Counted from the stretch's first letter, positions 9,580-19,414 are shown. The stretch: DNA of 64,000 nucleotides from an uncultured virus (IMG/VR IMGVR_UViG_3300031247_000001) (IMGVR_UViG_3300031247_000001); one strand, 5' to 3'. Program-made: numbers and translations. Notes: generated by a model not told the origin, from the letters alone.

Positions 9580-10007
9580 GACTGCACTCGGAGCCCGATC
9601 ACTCGGGGCACGGGAAAGGCGTCGCCTGCTGCTCCAGCGCCCACGAGCCCAACTCCAGCAGGGGTCACGCCTTGGGCTTTCAGGAAGTCTGTCAGCGCCA
9701 GGAAGGCCGTCTTGAAGTCCGCGAAGGCCGCGTCGTACTGGCCTTGGTCGATCTGCTTCAGATCGCTCACTGCGCGCTCGCCGTTTACTAGGTACACGTT
9801 TGCGGTCGTCAGCAGCCGGGAGTACTCGGCGCGCACTTCGGGCGTGACGGGGTGCGTCGCCTGGTAGGCGCTGAAGACCTCGTCGATGCCGCTCAGCACG
9901 AGCGAGGTGTCGGTCAGCGCCGACTGGATGGCGGGGAGCGCATTGGCGAGGGCGGTGCAGCCAGTGAGGGAGGCCAGAGCGAGGAGGAGGACGAGGAATC
10001 TTTTCAT
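9576..10007 (-). CDS. Lipoprotein
   Basis: MKRFLVLLLALASLTGC lipobox. Confidence 0.75.
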   Translation of the reverse strand: MKRFLVLLLALASLTGCTALANALPAIQSALTDTSLVLSGIDEVFSAYQATHPVTPEVRAEYSRLLTTANVYLVNGERAVSDLKQIDQGQYDAAFADFKTAFLALTDFLKAQGVTPAGVGLVGAGAAGDAFPVPRVIGLRVQS

Positions 10008-10016
10008 GGTGAGAAG

Positions 10017-10052
10017 ATCCTAAGCTGCCTCCCATGATGCCCGCAAGTTTTT
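10017..10052 (-). promoter_or_regulatory. Conserved promoter AAAAAC-TTGCGG-N18-TAGGAT
   Basis: Recurrent motif upstream of the lipoprotein/peptidase operon. Confidence 0.6.
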
Positions 10053-10057
10053 GCGTC

Positions 10058-10471
10058 TCAGGCGGCCTCCGGTCCCTTCCACCCATGTGCGCGAAGCACC
10101 CCTTCGATATCCGGAGGCGTCCAGCCCTCGGGCTTCAAGATCTTGCCATCCGCGCGTCGCACCACCTTGAAGCTGCCATCGGGTTGCAACACGGCTTTGG
10201 CCATGTTGCTCCGCTGCACCTCATCCCAGAGCGCTTGCATTGGAAGGCCAAACTCGAGCGCCGTACCGACGAGCACGTAGATCGCGTCCACGATCCCGTC
10301 GGCGACTTCGACCAAGTCGCGGAGCACCAGGCCCTTCAGCATCTCCTTGGTTTCCTCGGCGACGAGATCTTCGCGCAAGCGGCAGCGATCGATGTCGGGA
10401 AAGGCAGGAGTCGACAGATCGGGCGCGTCGGTGACCTCGTGGAAGCGTTTCACATCGTCGATAAAGCTCAT
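10058..10471 (-). CDS. MazG-like / PRA-PH family NTP pyrophosphohydrolase
   Basis: EETKE, EVADGIVDAIYV, EVQRSNMAK and RADGKILKPEGW motifs. Confidence 0.85.
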   Translation of the reverse strand: MSFIDDVKRFHEVTDAPDLSTPAFPDIDRCRLREDLVAEETKEMLKGLVLRDLVEVADGIVDAIYVLVGTALEFGLPMQALWDEVQRSNMAKAVLQPDGSFKVVRRADGKILKPEGWTPPDIEGVLRAHGWKGPEAA

Positions 10472-10483
10472 CGTCGTCTTCTC

Positions 10484-11962
10484 CTATCGGTTGTACCAGT
10501 TGTCGCTGTCATCGGGCGGCATCGGATCTCCATTGTCGCCGAAGTCGTTAAACTCCTCGTAGCCCTTCTCGAGCGGACGGAAGCTGATCGTTGGCCCATG
10601 GAACGCCAAGAGCACCGTGCCGGTCGCGCCGCCGCGTTGTTTCGCGATGATGATCTCGGCCTCGTCGTTCGCTTCCTTGTTGTAGTACTTGTCGCGGTAG
10701 ACAAACCACACCCAGTCGGCGTCGTTTTCGATGGCGCCCGATTCTCGGAGATCAGCGAGCGTCGGGCGCTTGTCACCTTTGTTCTTTTCGGGGGCGCGGT
10801 TGGTCTGAGAGATCCCGATCACGCAGACAGATTCGGACTTGGACAAGCTCTTGAGCCCCTTGGTGATGCTACTCACCTCGAGCTCGCGGCTGCGGCTGCT
10901 ATCGCCATCCATGAGCTGCAGGTAGTCGACGCACACGACCCCGAGCTTCTTGGCCGGAATGCGGCCCTGCCCGATCTCGCGCTTGATCTTGCGCGTGATG
11001 CTGCGGAGCTCCATGACCGTCAGACCGGGCTTGTCGCCGATGAGGATCGGCTGCTTACTCAGGGTCTCGGCCGCGATGAAGAGCTTCTCCCAGTCCTTGC
11101 TGGTGAGGAGGTTCATGCGGAGCTTCTGGAACTCGACATTGGCCTCGATGCACACGAGCCGGAGCGCGACCTCTTCCTTCGGCATCTCGAGCGAATGCAA
11201 GTAGGCCGCCACGGGGAGCGAGCCGTCTTTCGGGAGCCGCGTCGATCGGATCAGGCTCGAGGTCGCGAGGCTCGATTTGCCCATGCCTGTCCGCGCGGCG
11301 ATGATGCCGAGGTGGCCCTCTTGGTACCCGCCGCTTTTCTTGTCGAGCTCCGCGAAGCCGGTCGTGACGCCGAGCTGTCCGCCACCCCGGAGCGCATCGG
11401 CGAGCTCGGTGAGCGCGCGGGCCCCGATGAGGCCTGCTCCTTCGTAGGTCGTCTCTCGTTCGGTGTGGGCGATCTCCCAGATCTTCTGCTCGTGCGCTTC
11501 GATGATCGCTTGAGTCGAATCGCCCTCTGGGAAGTACAGCCGCGCGTACGTCGTCTGACATTCCGCAATCGCTTGGCGGGCGCCCCACGCCGCGATGATG
11601 CTGCGGCAATGCTGCTCCAGGATCCCGGGCTTGGCCTCGACCCCGGCAAAATCGATCAACTGAGCCAGGTACGGGGTGCCGCCGATCTGATCGAGGCGCC
11701 CGAGCGCGCGCAGATCGCCGGCGAGGCTCACGATGTCGACGTGCATGCCGGCCTCGAGGTTGAGCCGGATGATCGACTCCCAGATGCGACGGTTCGCGTC
11801 GGCGTAGAAATGCACCGCGGCGAGCCCCACCGAGACCGCGCGATCGATGTCGCCGTCCATCGCGATGGCCCAGCTGAGCACGTAGCCTTCGGCGTCGAGA
11901 TCGCTCGGGGGGACGGCGCCCGGGACGATGGTGCTCGGGGCGGGAAGGTGGTTTGCGTCCAT
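10484..11962 (-). CDS. dnaB: Replicative DNA helicase
   Basis: ARTGMGKS Walker A, SLEM, VDYLQLM, SQTNR, DLRESGAIENDAD and IIAKQRGG. Confidence 0.95.
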   Translation of the reverse strand: MDANHLPAPSTIVPGAVPPSDLDAEGYVLSWAIAMDGDIDRAVSVGLAAVHFYADANRRIWESIIRLNLEAGMHVDIVSLAGDLRALGRLDQIGGTPYLAQLIDFAGVEAKPGILEQHCRSIIAAWGARQAIAECQTTYARLYFPEGDSTQAIIEAHEQKIWEIAHTERETTYEGAGLIGARALTELADALRGGGQLGVTTGFAELDKKSGGYQEGHLGIIAARTGMGKSSLATSSLIRSTRLPKDGSLPVAAYLHSLEMPKEEVALRLVCIEANVEFQKLRMNLLTSKDWEKLFIAAETLSKQPILIGDKPGLTVMELRSITRKIKREIGQGRIPAKKLGVVCVDYLQLMDGDSSRSRELEVSSITKGLKSLSKSESVCVIGISQTNRAPEKNKGDKRPTLADLRESGAIENDADWVWFVYRDKYYNKEANDEAEIIIAKQRGGATGTVLLAFHGPTISFRPLEKGYEEFNDFGDNGDPMPPDDSDNWYNR

Positions 11963-12399
11963 CAGCGCGGCGCCGTGCGCTGGAAGTGCTCGCACAGGAT
12001 GCGATCGACCACGTCCTCCACGCTCCTCCCGTAGATCCCCGCGTCGACTCGCTCCTGGATGAGGGTCAGTAGCTCAGCCCGGATCTTGACCGGTCCCCCT
12101 TGGAGACCAACCCCCTGCGCCTCGCGCACGAGCGCCGTCACATCGCGCTCGTACCTCGCATCTGCCGCGGCCCGACGCGCCATTTTTTTGCACGCAGCAA
12201 TGACGGTCGAGTGATCTCGATTGAGCGCTTCGCCAATCTGCGGGTACGAAAATGGCCCCACGAGCCGCGCGACGTACATGGCGGTGTGCCGCGCGACGCT
12301 CGCCGACTTATGGCGATCGTCCGATAGGATCGACTGAGCCGTCACCGAGTAATGCCGGGCGACCGCCTCGACGACGACGAAGATCAGAGGCTCTGGCAC
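11962..12399 (-). CDS. DnaA C-terminal HTH domain protein
   Basis: ARHTAMYVAR...SYPQIGEALNRDHSTVIAACKK matches DnaA domain IV. Confidence 0.85.
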   Translation of the reverse strand: MPEPLIFVVVEAVARHYSVTAQSILSDDRHKSASVARHTAMYVARLVGPFSYPQIGEALNRDHSTVIAACKKMARRAAADARYERDVTALVREAQGVGLQGGPVKIRAELLTLIQERVDAGIYGRSVEDVVDRILCEHFQRTAPR

Positions 12400-12402
12400 G
12401 AG

Positions 12403-12672
12403 CTACCGAACGCGGAGACCGTGAGTGGTGAGCTTGATCTTCTCGTAGAACTCTTTTGCCGTGTAGACCGTGACCGGGTCGCCGACGGGCTCCATGCGCT
12501 CGGATTCGATGTCGGTGCCGAGGCGCTCGGCCACTTCGCCGACCATGGCGTCGCGGTCCTGCTCGGTCAGGTGGTACGAAGCACCCGCCTGGAATCTCCG
12601 CCCATCTGGCAAGATCACGATCCAGAGTTGCTTCAGCACGGCCACGGGGTCTTTGGGGATGGGGATGCTCAT
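12403..12672 (-). CDS. Hypothetical protein
   Basis: Coupled ORF in operon. Confidence 0.5.
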   Translation of the reverse strand: MSIPIPKDPVAVLKQLWIVILPDGRRFQAGASYHLTEQDRDAMVGEVAERLGTDIESERMEPVGDPVTVYTAKEFYEKIKLTTHGLRVR

Positions 12673-12953
12673 GCTTGTTGCCCTCGCTTCCTGGCTTCTT
12701 CAAACTTCAGCGCGCGGCGCTTCTCGGCGCGGCGCACGCTCATGTTGCGAAAGGACTCTCGCGTCTCGCTCGTCACCGCTACGCTGACAAACCAATCCCT
12801 CCGGAGCGCGGGGTCAGGCAGATCGGAGGTGCCCTGGTACATGCGCTCGGTCAGCGTATCGCTATTCTGGCGGTAGAGCGGATCGAGCCCGATGAGCACG
12901 CGGATCGCGTCCACCATGTCTCGGTCCCGCTGCGCCTTCGACGAGACCGTCAC
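12669..12953 (-). CDS. Hypothetical protein
   Basis: Coupled ORF in operon. Confidence 0.45.
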   Translation of the reverse strand: MTVSSKAQRDRDMVDAIRVLIGLDPLYRQNSDTLTERMYQGTSDLPDPALRRDWFVSVAVTSETRESFRNMSVRRAEKRRALKFEEARKRGQQA

Positions 12954-13504
12954 CTAAACTCCACGAGCTCAGCCGCGTCGAGCTGGTAGAGCGGATGCAC
13001 CGGTTGACCCTTGAGACTCTTCTTGAAGCACCAGAGCGGGGACTCTTGCCCGTATCGCTCTTGGAGCGTGCGCGCGACTAGCGCGCCGCGACCCAAGATC
13101 TCCCCCTCGTTGCCCCAGCCGCAGACGATCTTGGACGCCGAGCGCGTGACCATGAGGATGTGCTCGTCGTTGAGGGGGCCCACGAGATCTCGGGTGGACG
13201 CAAGCGACCGGAGCTTCCGCGAGTCGGTCTCGCGATAGGCGAAGAGGTTGACGACGGCGAGGCGCTGGAAGCCCCAGGCCCGCCCGTACTTCATGAGCTT
13301 TTCGATCGTGGGATCGTTGGCGGACTCATCGGCGGTCGAGGGGTTGAGCATGATGAAGCAGACCGTGCGCCGGCCGAGTGTGGGGGCGTTCCAGGACTCG
13401 CCGTCGAGCGAGCGGTAGAGCACGTAGCGGTAGACGCGATCCTCGGAGAGGACTGCGTGGGCGGTTTCTTTGAGCCACGGGAACACCGTCTGCTTCATGG
13501 CCAT
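12950..13504 (-). CDS. DUF1643 family protein
   Basis: YRYVL, FIMLNPSTADESANDPT, VVNLFAYR, GWG and HPLY motifs. Confidence 0.85.
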   Translation of the reverse strand: MAMKQTVFPWLKETAHAVLSEDRVYRYVLYRSLDGESWNAPTLGRRTVCFIMLNPSTADESANDPTIEKLMKYGRAWGFQRLAVVNLFAYRETDSRKLRSLASTRDLVGPLNDEHILMVTRSASKIVCGWGNEGEILGRGALVARTLQERYGQESPLWCFKKSLKGQPVHPLYQLDAAELVEFR

Positions 13505-13690
13505 CAGGTCTTGATCCCGCGGGAGAGCATGGCAGCGAGGAGGCGCCCGCCGGTCATCGCTGCTGGCGGTGGTGGCGCTTTGCGCGCGGCAGCCTTGGCG
13601 CGCGCCGTCATGCGCCGCGTGAACTCAGCCTGGCGGACGCGTTCCTTGCGGCGGTGTTTACGAAGTCTTCGGGTGTGGGGGTTCATGGGG

Positions 13691-14638
13691 TCACCGCTCG
13701 AACGCCAGCGCGTCGGCTTCACCGTGGATTAGTTTCCGCGCCTGCACCCAGCCGTTGAAGTTGCCGCAGAAGTACTCAGACTCGCCGCGCTCCCAGGGCG
13801 TCACGTCCGTGAAGATGCTCGTCGGCATGACCCCGCCGCTCCTGCGCACCGGTTGGGGCGAGGCGAATACCCGCGGCCTTCGGAAGACGGTGCGATCGTA
13901 GTCGCTCATCGGCCGAGCGACGTGCTCCCAGGGCGCCATGTGCCCGTTGGCAAGGCACGTGTCGGCGAGCCGCTTGTCCGCCACCGGATCAGGGACGCCT
14001 TCGTGGTTGAGATAGCTCACGCGCGCGGCGCGGCCGACCGACATCTTGATGCGCTCTTCGATTGAGTATGCCGCCTGTTGCGTTTCGTCCTCTGGCTCGA
14101 AGGGCAGGTGCCAGTCGCCCTCGCCTAAGAGCTTCGGTCGACTGTCCCGATAGAGCGCGCGCATCAGGCTGACCGGTTTCTGGATCTCCGGCTGTGCTTT
14201 GCTGCTGTCGCGCAGGTGGAAGAAGTTATCCCACTCGGTCGCCGTCACGATGACCGTGTGCCACATGAACGGCTCGAGGAGCCGGTTGGTGAGTTGCTTG
14301 TGCACGCCAAGATCGAGCAGCCTCTCGGCCCCCTCGATGGCCTTGTACATGGCCTCATTCCAGAGATCGTGAGCACGCTTGGCTTGTTCCGGCGAGAGAT
14401 CTTCTTCGGCTTGCATGCCCTTCTGGTTCTTGCCCCAGGACACGGGCTCGAAGGGATCCTTGTAGAGCCGGTCGATCTGCTTCTGCACCGGGATGGCGCG
14501 GCTCGAGGCACTGCTCCTCGAAAACATCCGGTGCGTGTTGAGCTCCGCCAGCACGATGCGTGGCATGGTCACCACGAACGTCGTTAGCCGCTCGCCGTAC
14601 TGCGTGATGGAGTCTCTCTCGATTCTGGCTTCGTACAT
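13691..14638 (-). CDS. thyX: Flavin-dependent thymidylate synthase (phage Thy1/ThyX type)
   Basis: ELNTHRMFSRSSASSRAIP, HKQLTNRLLEPF, AQPEI, ARVSY and GHMAPWEH. Confidence 0.8.
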   Translation of the reverse strand: MYEARIERDSITQYGERLTTFVVTMPRIVLAELNTHRMFSRSSASSRAIPVQKQIDRLYKDPFEPVSWGKNQKGMQAEEDLSPEQAKRAHDLWNEAMYKAIEGAERLLDLGVHKQLTNRLLEPFMWHTVIVTATEWDNFFHLRDSSKAQPEIQKPVSLMRALYRDSRPKLLGEGDWHLPFEPEDETQQAAYSIEERIKMSVGRAARVSYLNHEGVPDPVADKRLADTCLANGHMAPWEHVARPMSDYDRTVFRRPRVFASPQPVRRSGGVMPTSIFTDVTPWERGESEYFCGNFNGWVQARKLIHGEADALAFER

Positions 14639-14648
14639 GGATGGTCTT

Positions 14649-14951
14649 TCAGTTGGGTTGCGGGTCGACCGCACGGAAGGCCGCGCGAGTGAGGAGGGCC
14701 CAGGCGTCGTGGCTGGGCATGGTTTCGAGCTTCCGGCGTACGCTCCGCGCGACCCCGAACACCCGAGCACGTGTCACCATCGCCTCGAGCTCCACGAAGC
14801 CATACCGCATCTGGAGCCGAGTCTCGGCGCGCGTGAAGACGCGGAGCACGTAGTCGGGCGGGTCAGGCAGATCGAGTCGGTTCTGGCGCCGCCAGGCATC
14901 GACCCGGGGAAAGAGCGCGCTGAACAGGAGGTTCTCGAGGAATTCTTCCAT
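14649..14951 (-). CDS. Hypothetical protein
   Basis: ORF in operon. Confidence 0.45.
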   Translation of the reverse strand: MEEFLENLLFSALFPRVDAWRRQNRLDLPDPPDYVLRVFTRAETRLQMRYGFVELEAMVTRARVFGVARSVRRKLETMPSHDAWALLTRAAFRAVDPQPN

Positions 14952-15129
14952 GGCTAACTCACGCACAAATAGTAGATACCGAGCGCGATGGGGCCGCCGT
15001 ACCAAACGAGCAACCCCCAGGGGCGGAAGTCCGACGGGCGAAAGATCGGCACCAGGATCCAGGACGAAGCCAGCACCGTGATCGCGATAAACACCACGAG
15101 CAACCAGATCTCGTCACCAAGTGACTCAC

Positions 15130-15483
15130 TCACGCATGCACCGGGAGCGGGATGCCGTGAGCTGCGCGCAGCATCTCCTCAGCGGCGATGATCGCCTCTT
15201 CCGCAGCTCCGGAATCAATCTCGAGCCGCGTGAGGTCGTGGTCGATAACGGTCGTGAGGTTCGTGAGGGCGTCAGCGCGGTGCTCGGACGCTTTCAAGGT
15301 CGTCAGGTGCTTGACCGAAGGTAGCCGAAAACCACGGGTAAACTGGTACGTCGCCTCCGCAAGCGCGCCGAGGCGCTCGATGTGCTCAGGGTCGGGCGGA
15401 TCCCCCAAGCACTCAATGTGCTCACGGGCGCGGAAGATGCGGCGCTTGATGATTTCTGACTGGGCTTGGCTGACTCTGGGCAT
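15130..15483 (-). CDS. Hypothetical helical protein
   Basis: Preceded by an AAGGAG RBS. Confidence 0.6.
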   Translation of the reverse strand: MPRVSQAQSEIIKRRIFRAREHIECLGDPPDPEHIERLGALAEATYQFTRGFRLPSVKHLTTLKASEHRADALTNLTTVIDHDLTRLEIDSGAAEEAIIAAEEMLRAAHGIPLPVHA

Positions 15484-15508
15484 GGAAAAACTCCTTCAAA
15501 AAAGAGAC

Positions 15509-16084
15509 CTACGGTACCGGCGGGGAGATCTTCCCGTCACGCACGAAGAGATCGATCGTCTCGAAGGCGCGCTCCATGCGGAGGCCAATGTTCGCGCCGA
15601 GGCCGCGCACCGGAGGACCCCGGCGGATCTGGCTCAGGTCAAGGAGCGACCGGAGCAGGAATTCGTACATCTGGTGGTACCCAGGAGACTCGAGGTTGAC
15701 CGACGGATCGAGTTTATGAAACGTGTCCCAGCTGAGCACGAGCACGAGCTCATACCGCTGCATCGACCCGACGTAGCGCCCGATGGCGTTCTCTTCGAGA
15801 TGCTCGCTCATGTGGAGCGCAGAGTAGGTGAGGTTGTCGAGGCAGGTGCGGTCGGTCACGAAGTGCTCGTGCTCGCTCTCCCAGAGGAGCTTCGCTTTGA
15901 AGAGCTCCGCCTGAAACTGCACCCGGCGCCCAGCCCGGTCCGTGTCGTAGGGACTGTCGAAACCCATCTGGAGCGCGACCGAGCGAGCGCCGACTGGGTT
16001 GATGGGAAGCGAGTACTTTTCTGCGATGGCTCGGGCGAGCGTGGTCTTGCCCGTGCCAGAGGCCCCTGCGATAGCGATTCTCAT
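15509..16084 (-). CDS. P-loop nucleotide kinase / NadR-Ttd14-like AAA protein
   Basis: MRIAIAGASGTGKTTL and FVTDRTCLD. Confidence 0.75.
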   Translation of the reverse strand: MRIAIAGASGTGKTTLARAIAEKYSLPINPVGARSVALQMGFDSPYDTDRAGRRVQFQAELFKAKLLWESEHEHFVTDRTCLDNLTYSALHMSEHLEENAIGRYVGSMQRYELVLVLSWDTFHKLDPSVNLESPGYHQMYEFLLRSLLDLSQIRRGPPVRGLGANIGLRMERAFETIDLFVRDGKISPPVP

Positions 16085-16385
16085 TTGCGCTTTGCCTTTC
16101 GTTTCTTCACACGTTTTTTTGGTGCGCCCCACACGCAGCCGTCTTTGTCGCGATGCGCTCGGACAATGTGCCCCGCCATGCGCGCGCATTGGCGACCGGT
16201 CGGAGAAGTCGCTTGGCACCGAGGCTTTCGACGCGGCTTTTGTTCTTCGAGCAGCGCATCCAAGATCACGTGCACCGCTTGCCTCACCTCAGGGCTCAAG
16301 CGCTCCCGAAGCTTGGCGATGAAGTCCGAGATCGGGTTCGGCCCATCGAACGCTGCACCCCCGAACGTCCCATCGAACTTCCGAC

Positions 16386-16655
16386 TCACGGCTTCTTCGG
16401 CTCCGCCACGCACGAGACCGAGACCACCGGCGCCTGCCCCGCTCCCGGGATCCTCGTCGCCAAGTAGCAGTCGTTGATGTCTAGGCCGGTGGTGTCTCGG
16501 ATCTTGCGCAGGTAGACGCCGTCCACCTGCGTGGCCTCTTCAATCCAGAGACCGGGTTTCGACGTAGCGTGAGCGACGCGCACGACGAAGAGCGCGGTCA
16601 GCACGGTGACGGTGAGGAGCAAGAGCACGAGGGAGATCCGTTTGGTGATGGTCAT
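16386..16655 (-). CDS. Small exported/membrane protein
   Basis: Signal-peptide-like N-terminus MTITKRISLVLLLL...AHA. Confidence 0.5.
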   Translation of the reverse strand: MTITKRISLVLLLLTVTVLTALFVVRVAHATSKPGLWIEEATQVDGVYLRKIRDTTGLDINDCYLATRIPGAGQAPVVSVSCVAEPKKP

Positions 16656-16794
16656 GAGAAGGCTTCTTTCTGTTGATTGCGGAAGGAGGCGGCGCTCGCA
16701 GCGGTGAGTGCGGCAGAGCGGATCTTCCCCCAGAGCTTCTTGCCGGTGCCGCGGCCTCCGAAGAATCCAAACCAGAGGAAGATCAGAAACGCGA

Positions 16795-17286
16795 TCACAT
16801 GTAGCGTCCAGGCAGGGTTGTTGCTCGCTTCTTGAGTGGGTCACTCGAAAACGACTCCTCCATGTGGTCCCAAGAAACTGACGCGCATTTCCCGAGACGC
16901 TCGGAGCGCAACGCAAGCGTGTCCCCGTCGCGGTCATGGGCCAACTCAGCAACCCGCGCGAGACGCTGCTCCAGCTCCGTAAGACGCTCAGTGAGCCTGG
17001 CGTTTTCGGAATGAAGCCCCACGATAAACGCCACGTGGTCGCCATCCCGCTTACCTCCAGCCGCCTCGACAGCGTCGTCTATTTGCTGGCACTCTTCATC
17101 AAGCCGTTCGATCCGCTGATCGCGGAAGGCGAGCTGCAGAGCGATGTCGCTCTTGTGATGAAGCCCATAGGTGGTCATCGCCCCGACGTGTGTCGTGTAG
17201 TGCGGCTCGAGATCCCAGGGTCGAAGATCGGGGTAGATCGAGCTCCCTTGGGGGAGCACCGTCAAAGCTTTCGGATCCGTCGGCAT
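16795..17286 (-). CDS. Phage hypothetical coiled-coil protein
   Basis: HYTTHVGAMTTYGLHHKSDIALQLAFRD followed by coiled coil. Confidence 0.55.
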   Translation of the reverse strand: MPTDPKALTVLPQGSSIYPDLRPWDLEPHYTTHVGAMTTYGLHHKSDIALQLAFRDQRIERLDEECQQIDDAVEAAGGKRDGDHVAFIVGLHSENARLTERLTELEQRLARVAELAHDRDGDTLALRSERLGKCASVSWDHMEESFSSDPLKKRATTLPGRYM

Positions 17287-17289
17287 GCT

Positions 17290-18228
17290 CTACACCTTCA
17301 GTACGCGAGCGCCCTGGAAAGCTTCCTTCACGGGCGTAAATTCGGTCGTGATGATCGTCGAGAGTCCCTGGTCCCTGCGGCGCTCGTAGATCCAGAGGAG
17401 CTCGGGACCAAAGAACTCGTTCTTCAGGCAAGCGCGGTCGACGCCGTCGAGCACGAGTAAATCGAGCAGCGGAAGATCGTCCATGGGCGACGGCTCCTTG
17501 GCGGCGTAGGCCGCGCGCCATTGACGGAAGAGGCTCGGCACGTGCACCGAGCGATAGGAAGCGTTCGGGTAATGCTTCATCGTGTTGCGGAAGAGCACGA
17601 CGGCGTACTGACGGCTGAGCTTTCCTTCGAGGAGGAGCTGCTGTTTCCGCGGAGCGATCTCACTTGCCCCGCTCTGCAGGAACACTGCCAGCGTCTCTCG
17701 GAATGACTCGCTCGGAGCTCCCAGCATCGACAAGCGCACCGTCGAGACCGCGGCGTCGACCCCGGCGCGCTCGAGGCGGCGGGCCATGGCGTATTCCTGG
17801 TAGCGCTCGCAGGGCTTGAGCGAGGCGCTCGCCTCGAGCGCGTTGACGCGGAGTTTGACCAGCACCCCCGGCGAGAAGCAGTGGACGGACGAGAGGCAGG
17901 CGGCGCCTTCAGGAGGGCAGGACGCGCATTCGCGCGTCCGGGACTCGAGCCCCACCCAAAATGCCTGGGTCTCGCTCTCCACGACTGCAGAAACGTCCGC
18001 CTCAGTCAACTTCAAATCCGCCAACAATGATTTTGCGCCGGGGCATGCCTGGTTTATCCACAGGCTCGGCCCCCCGGCCCTGTGGAGAGCCTCCTGGAAC
18101 GACTCCCTGGCCGCCTGCCGTACCGTTTGCAGCTGTGACCGAATGTCCACCGGCTGTGGGAGGGGCAGATCGGCCGCCTCCGTTTGGTCGAGATCCGTTG
18201 ACTCGCTGTCCGCCTGGTCGTCGCTCAT
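17290..18228 (-). CDS. DnaC/IstB-like helicase loader, Walker A degenerate
   Basis: Directly downstream of the initiator; Cys cluster, LDLLVLDGV and RRDQGLSTIITT are present but GKT is not. Confidence 0.55.
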   Translation of the reverse strand: MSDDQADSESTDLDQTEAADLPLPQPVDIRSQLQTVRQAARESFQEALHRAGGPSLWINQACPGAKSLLADLKLTEADVSAVVESETQAFWVGLESRTRECASCPPEGAACLSSVHCFSPGVLVKLRVNALEASASLKPCERYQEYAMARRLERAGVDAAVSTVRLSMLGAPSESFRETLAVFLQSGASEIAPRKQQLLLEGKLSRQYAVVLFRNTMKHYPNASYRSVHVPSLFRQWRAAYAAKEPSPMDDLPLLDLLVLDGVDRACLKNEFFGPELLWIYERRRDQGLSTIITTEFTPVKEAFQGARVLKV

Positions 18229-18970
18229 CGCGGGGTAACCCTTCTGAGTGTTCGTACGGTTGTGACCCTTCTGACCCTTCCTCAACCCTACCAGAACCCT
18301 TCCCCATACCCTCTCCTAAGCCTTGGGGGAAGCGCGAGTCAGATTCTGAGTCTGATACAGATTCTAAATCTGATACCGTTTCTCTCTCGGCTCCCCCAGC
18401 AACCAACCAACTGTTGGTTTGTTTCTGAGAGGGAGGATTGGGGGAATGGTTACGGGAAGGGTTCTGGGAATGCTTCCCACCTCGAGCAGACTCACCCACC
18501 CAACTCCGGTCGAACGGGTAAGTGCTCGGATCGCCTTGCCGAATGCCCGAGAAGTAAGCGTGAAACGCCTTTTTTCCGCTTTCGCTGCGGTCAGCGAGCC
18601 GCTCCAGCGATTCCAAATGGTCGAATCTAAGCTGAATATCCGGCAAAGCGGCCCATGCTCGCCGCCAGCCGATGACCTGGTTGCCGTTGGGGGGCAGGTG
18701 GTGCTTCCAGCACTTGGGTAGCCGGAGCACGTGTGCCTCGTCGTCGAATTGGGCCATTCCCCTGGCGAGGATGAGTTTAAACGCGCTTTCGACCTCTTCG
18801 GGTCCATGCGGCCTCATCGGCTTGTAGAAAGCGCCAGGGAAGGCCCGGTAGAGCCCGGGGAGGGTCGAGAGCTGCGGCCCGGTAATCATGCACGCAAACA
18901 GGAGCTTACCGACGCCTCCGAGCTCGACGACGCCTCGGTCGTCCCAGAATTGCGGTGCGATGAAGTGCAC
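18002..18970 (-). CDS. Putative phage replication initiator
   Basis: FWDD..V.EL...KLLF..ITGP..GLY N-terminus, a low-complexity ESVSDSESD linker, and a position upstream of the loader and helicase. Confidence 0.55.
   Translation of the reverse strand: MHFIAPQFWDDRGVVELGGVGKLLFACMITGPQLSTLPGLYRAFPGAFYKPMRPHGPEEVESAFKLILARGMAQFDDEAHVLRLPKCWKHHLPPNGNQVIGWRRAWAALPDIQLRFDHLESLERLADRSESGKKAFHAYFSGIRQGDPSTYPFDRSWVGESARGGKHSQNPSRNHSPNPPSQKQTNSWLVAGGAERETVSDLESVSDSESDSRFPQGLGEGMGKGSGRVEEGSEGSQPYEHSEGLPRDERRPGGQRVNGSRPNGGGRSAPPTAGGHSVTAANGTAGGQGVVPGGSPQGRGAEPVDKPGMPRRKIIVGGFEVD
18236..18470. repeat. Iteron-like ACCCTTC repeats plus a 14-bp inverted repeat (putative replication origin)
   Basis: Several ACCCT(TC) copies at 18238-18312; CCAGAACCCTTCCC (18291-18304) and GGGAAGGGTTCTGG (18454-18467) flank an AT-richer core. 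Confidence 0.5.
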
Positions 18971-18974
18971 TGGG

Positions 18975-19208
18975 TCAGCCCACTTTTCGCTGGAAAAGGT
19001 CTTCGAGATTTTCAGCGAAAGGCGATTTCTCGCCGTGGATGAGCTGATCGGCGATGCGGATCAGCCGTCGCACCGTGTCGGCGCGCTTCAGGTGCTCGAA
19101 CGCCGCGACGCGCTCGAGGGCGGCGTAGTGCGCTGGATCCAGGCGCAGCTTGAGATCTTTGGTGGATTCTTCGAGCGATTCGTCGGGATCGGGTTCGGGC
19201 TGACTCAT
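18975..19208 (-). CDS. Ribbon-helix-helix-like small regulator
   Basis: LKLRLDPAHYAALERVAA...ADTVRRLI pattern; first gene of the replication operon. Confidence 0.5.
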   Translation of the reverse strand: MSQPEPDPDESLEESTKDLKLRLDPAHYAALERVAAFEHLKRADTVRRLIRIADQLIHGEKSPFAENLEDLFQRKVG

Positions 19209-19414
19209 GCGGGAGGCGATCAGTACTCGACCGCCACATGTAGGCGCAAGAGATTTTGAGACGGAATTGTCCCCTATCAAATATGCAGTGATCGGGGCAA
19301 ATTGTGACCACCTTGTGCAGTGGTGCGTCACTGCGAAAGTTTCTGATTGACCGACCTGAGCGACAAAATCTATTCATCCGTTCAGTAGATTGACACTGAG
19401 CGGGAGAATGTGCG

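Noticed and set aside
10034..12034. 666-aa plus-strand ORF, and similar long ORFs at 3475, 34176, 35888 and 51827
   Set aside because: They are antisense to well-supported genes such as dnaB and the glycosyltransferases, as is typical of high-GC DNA.
19259..19414. Lower-GC intergenic region as a possible tRNA or ncRNA
   Set aside because: No cloverleaf or recognisable RNA motif was seen; it is better explained as a divergent promoter region.
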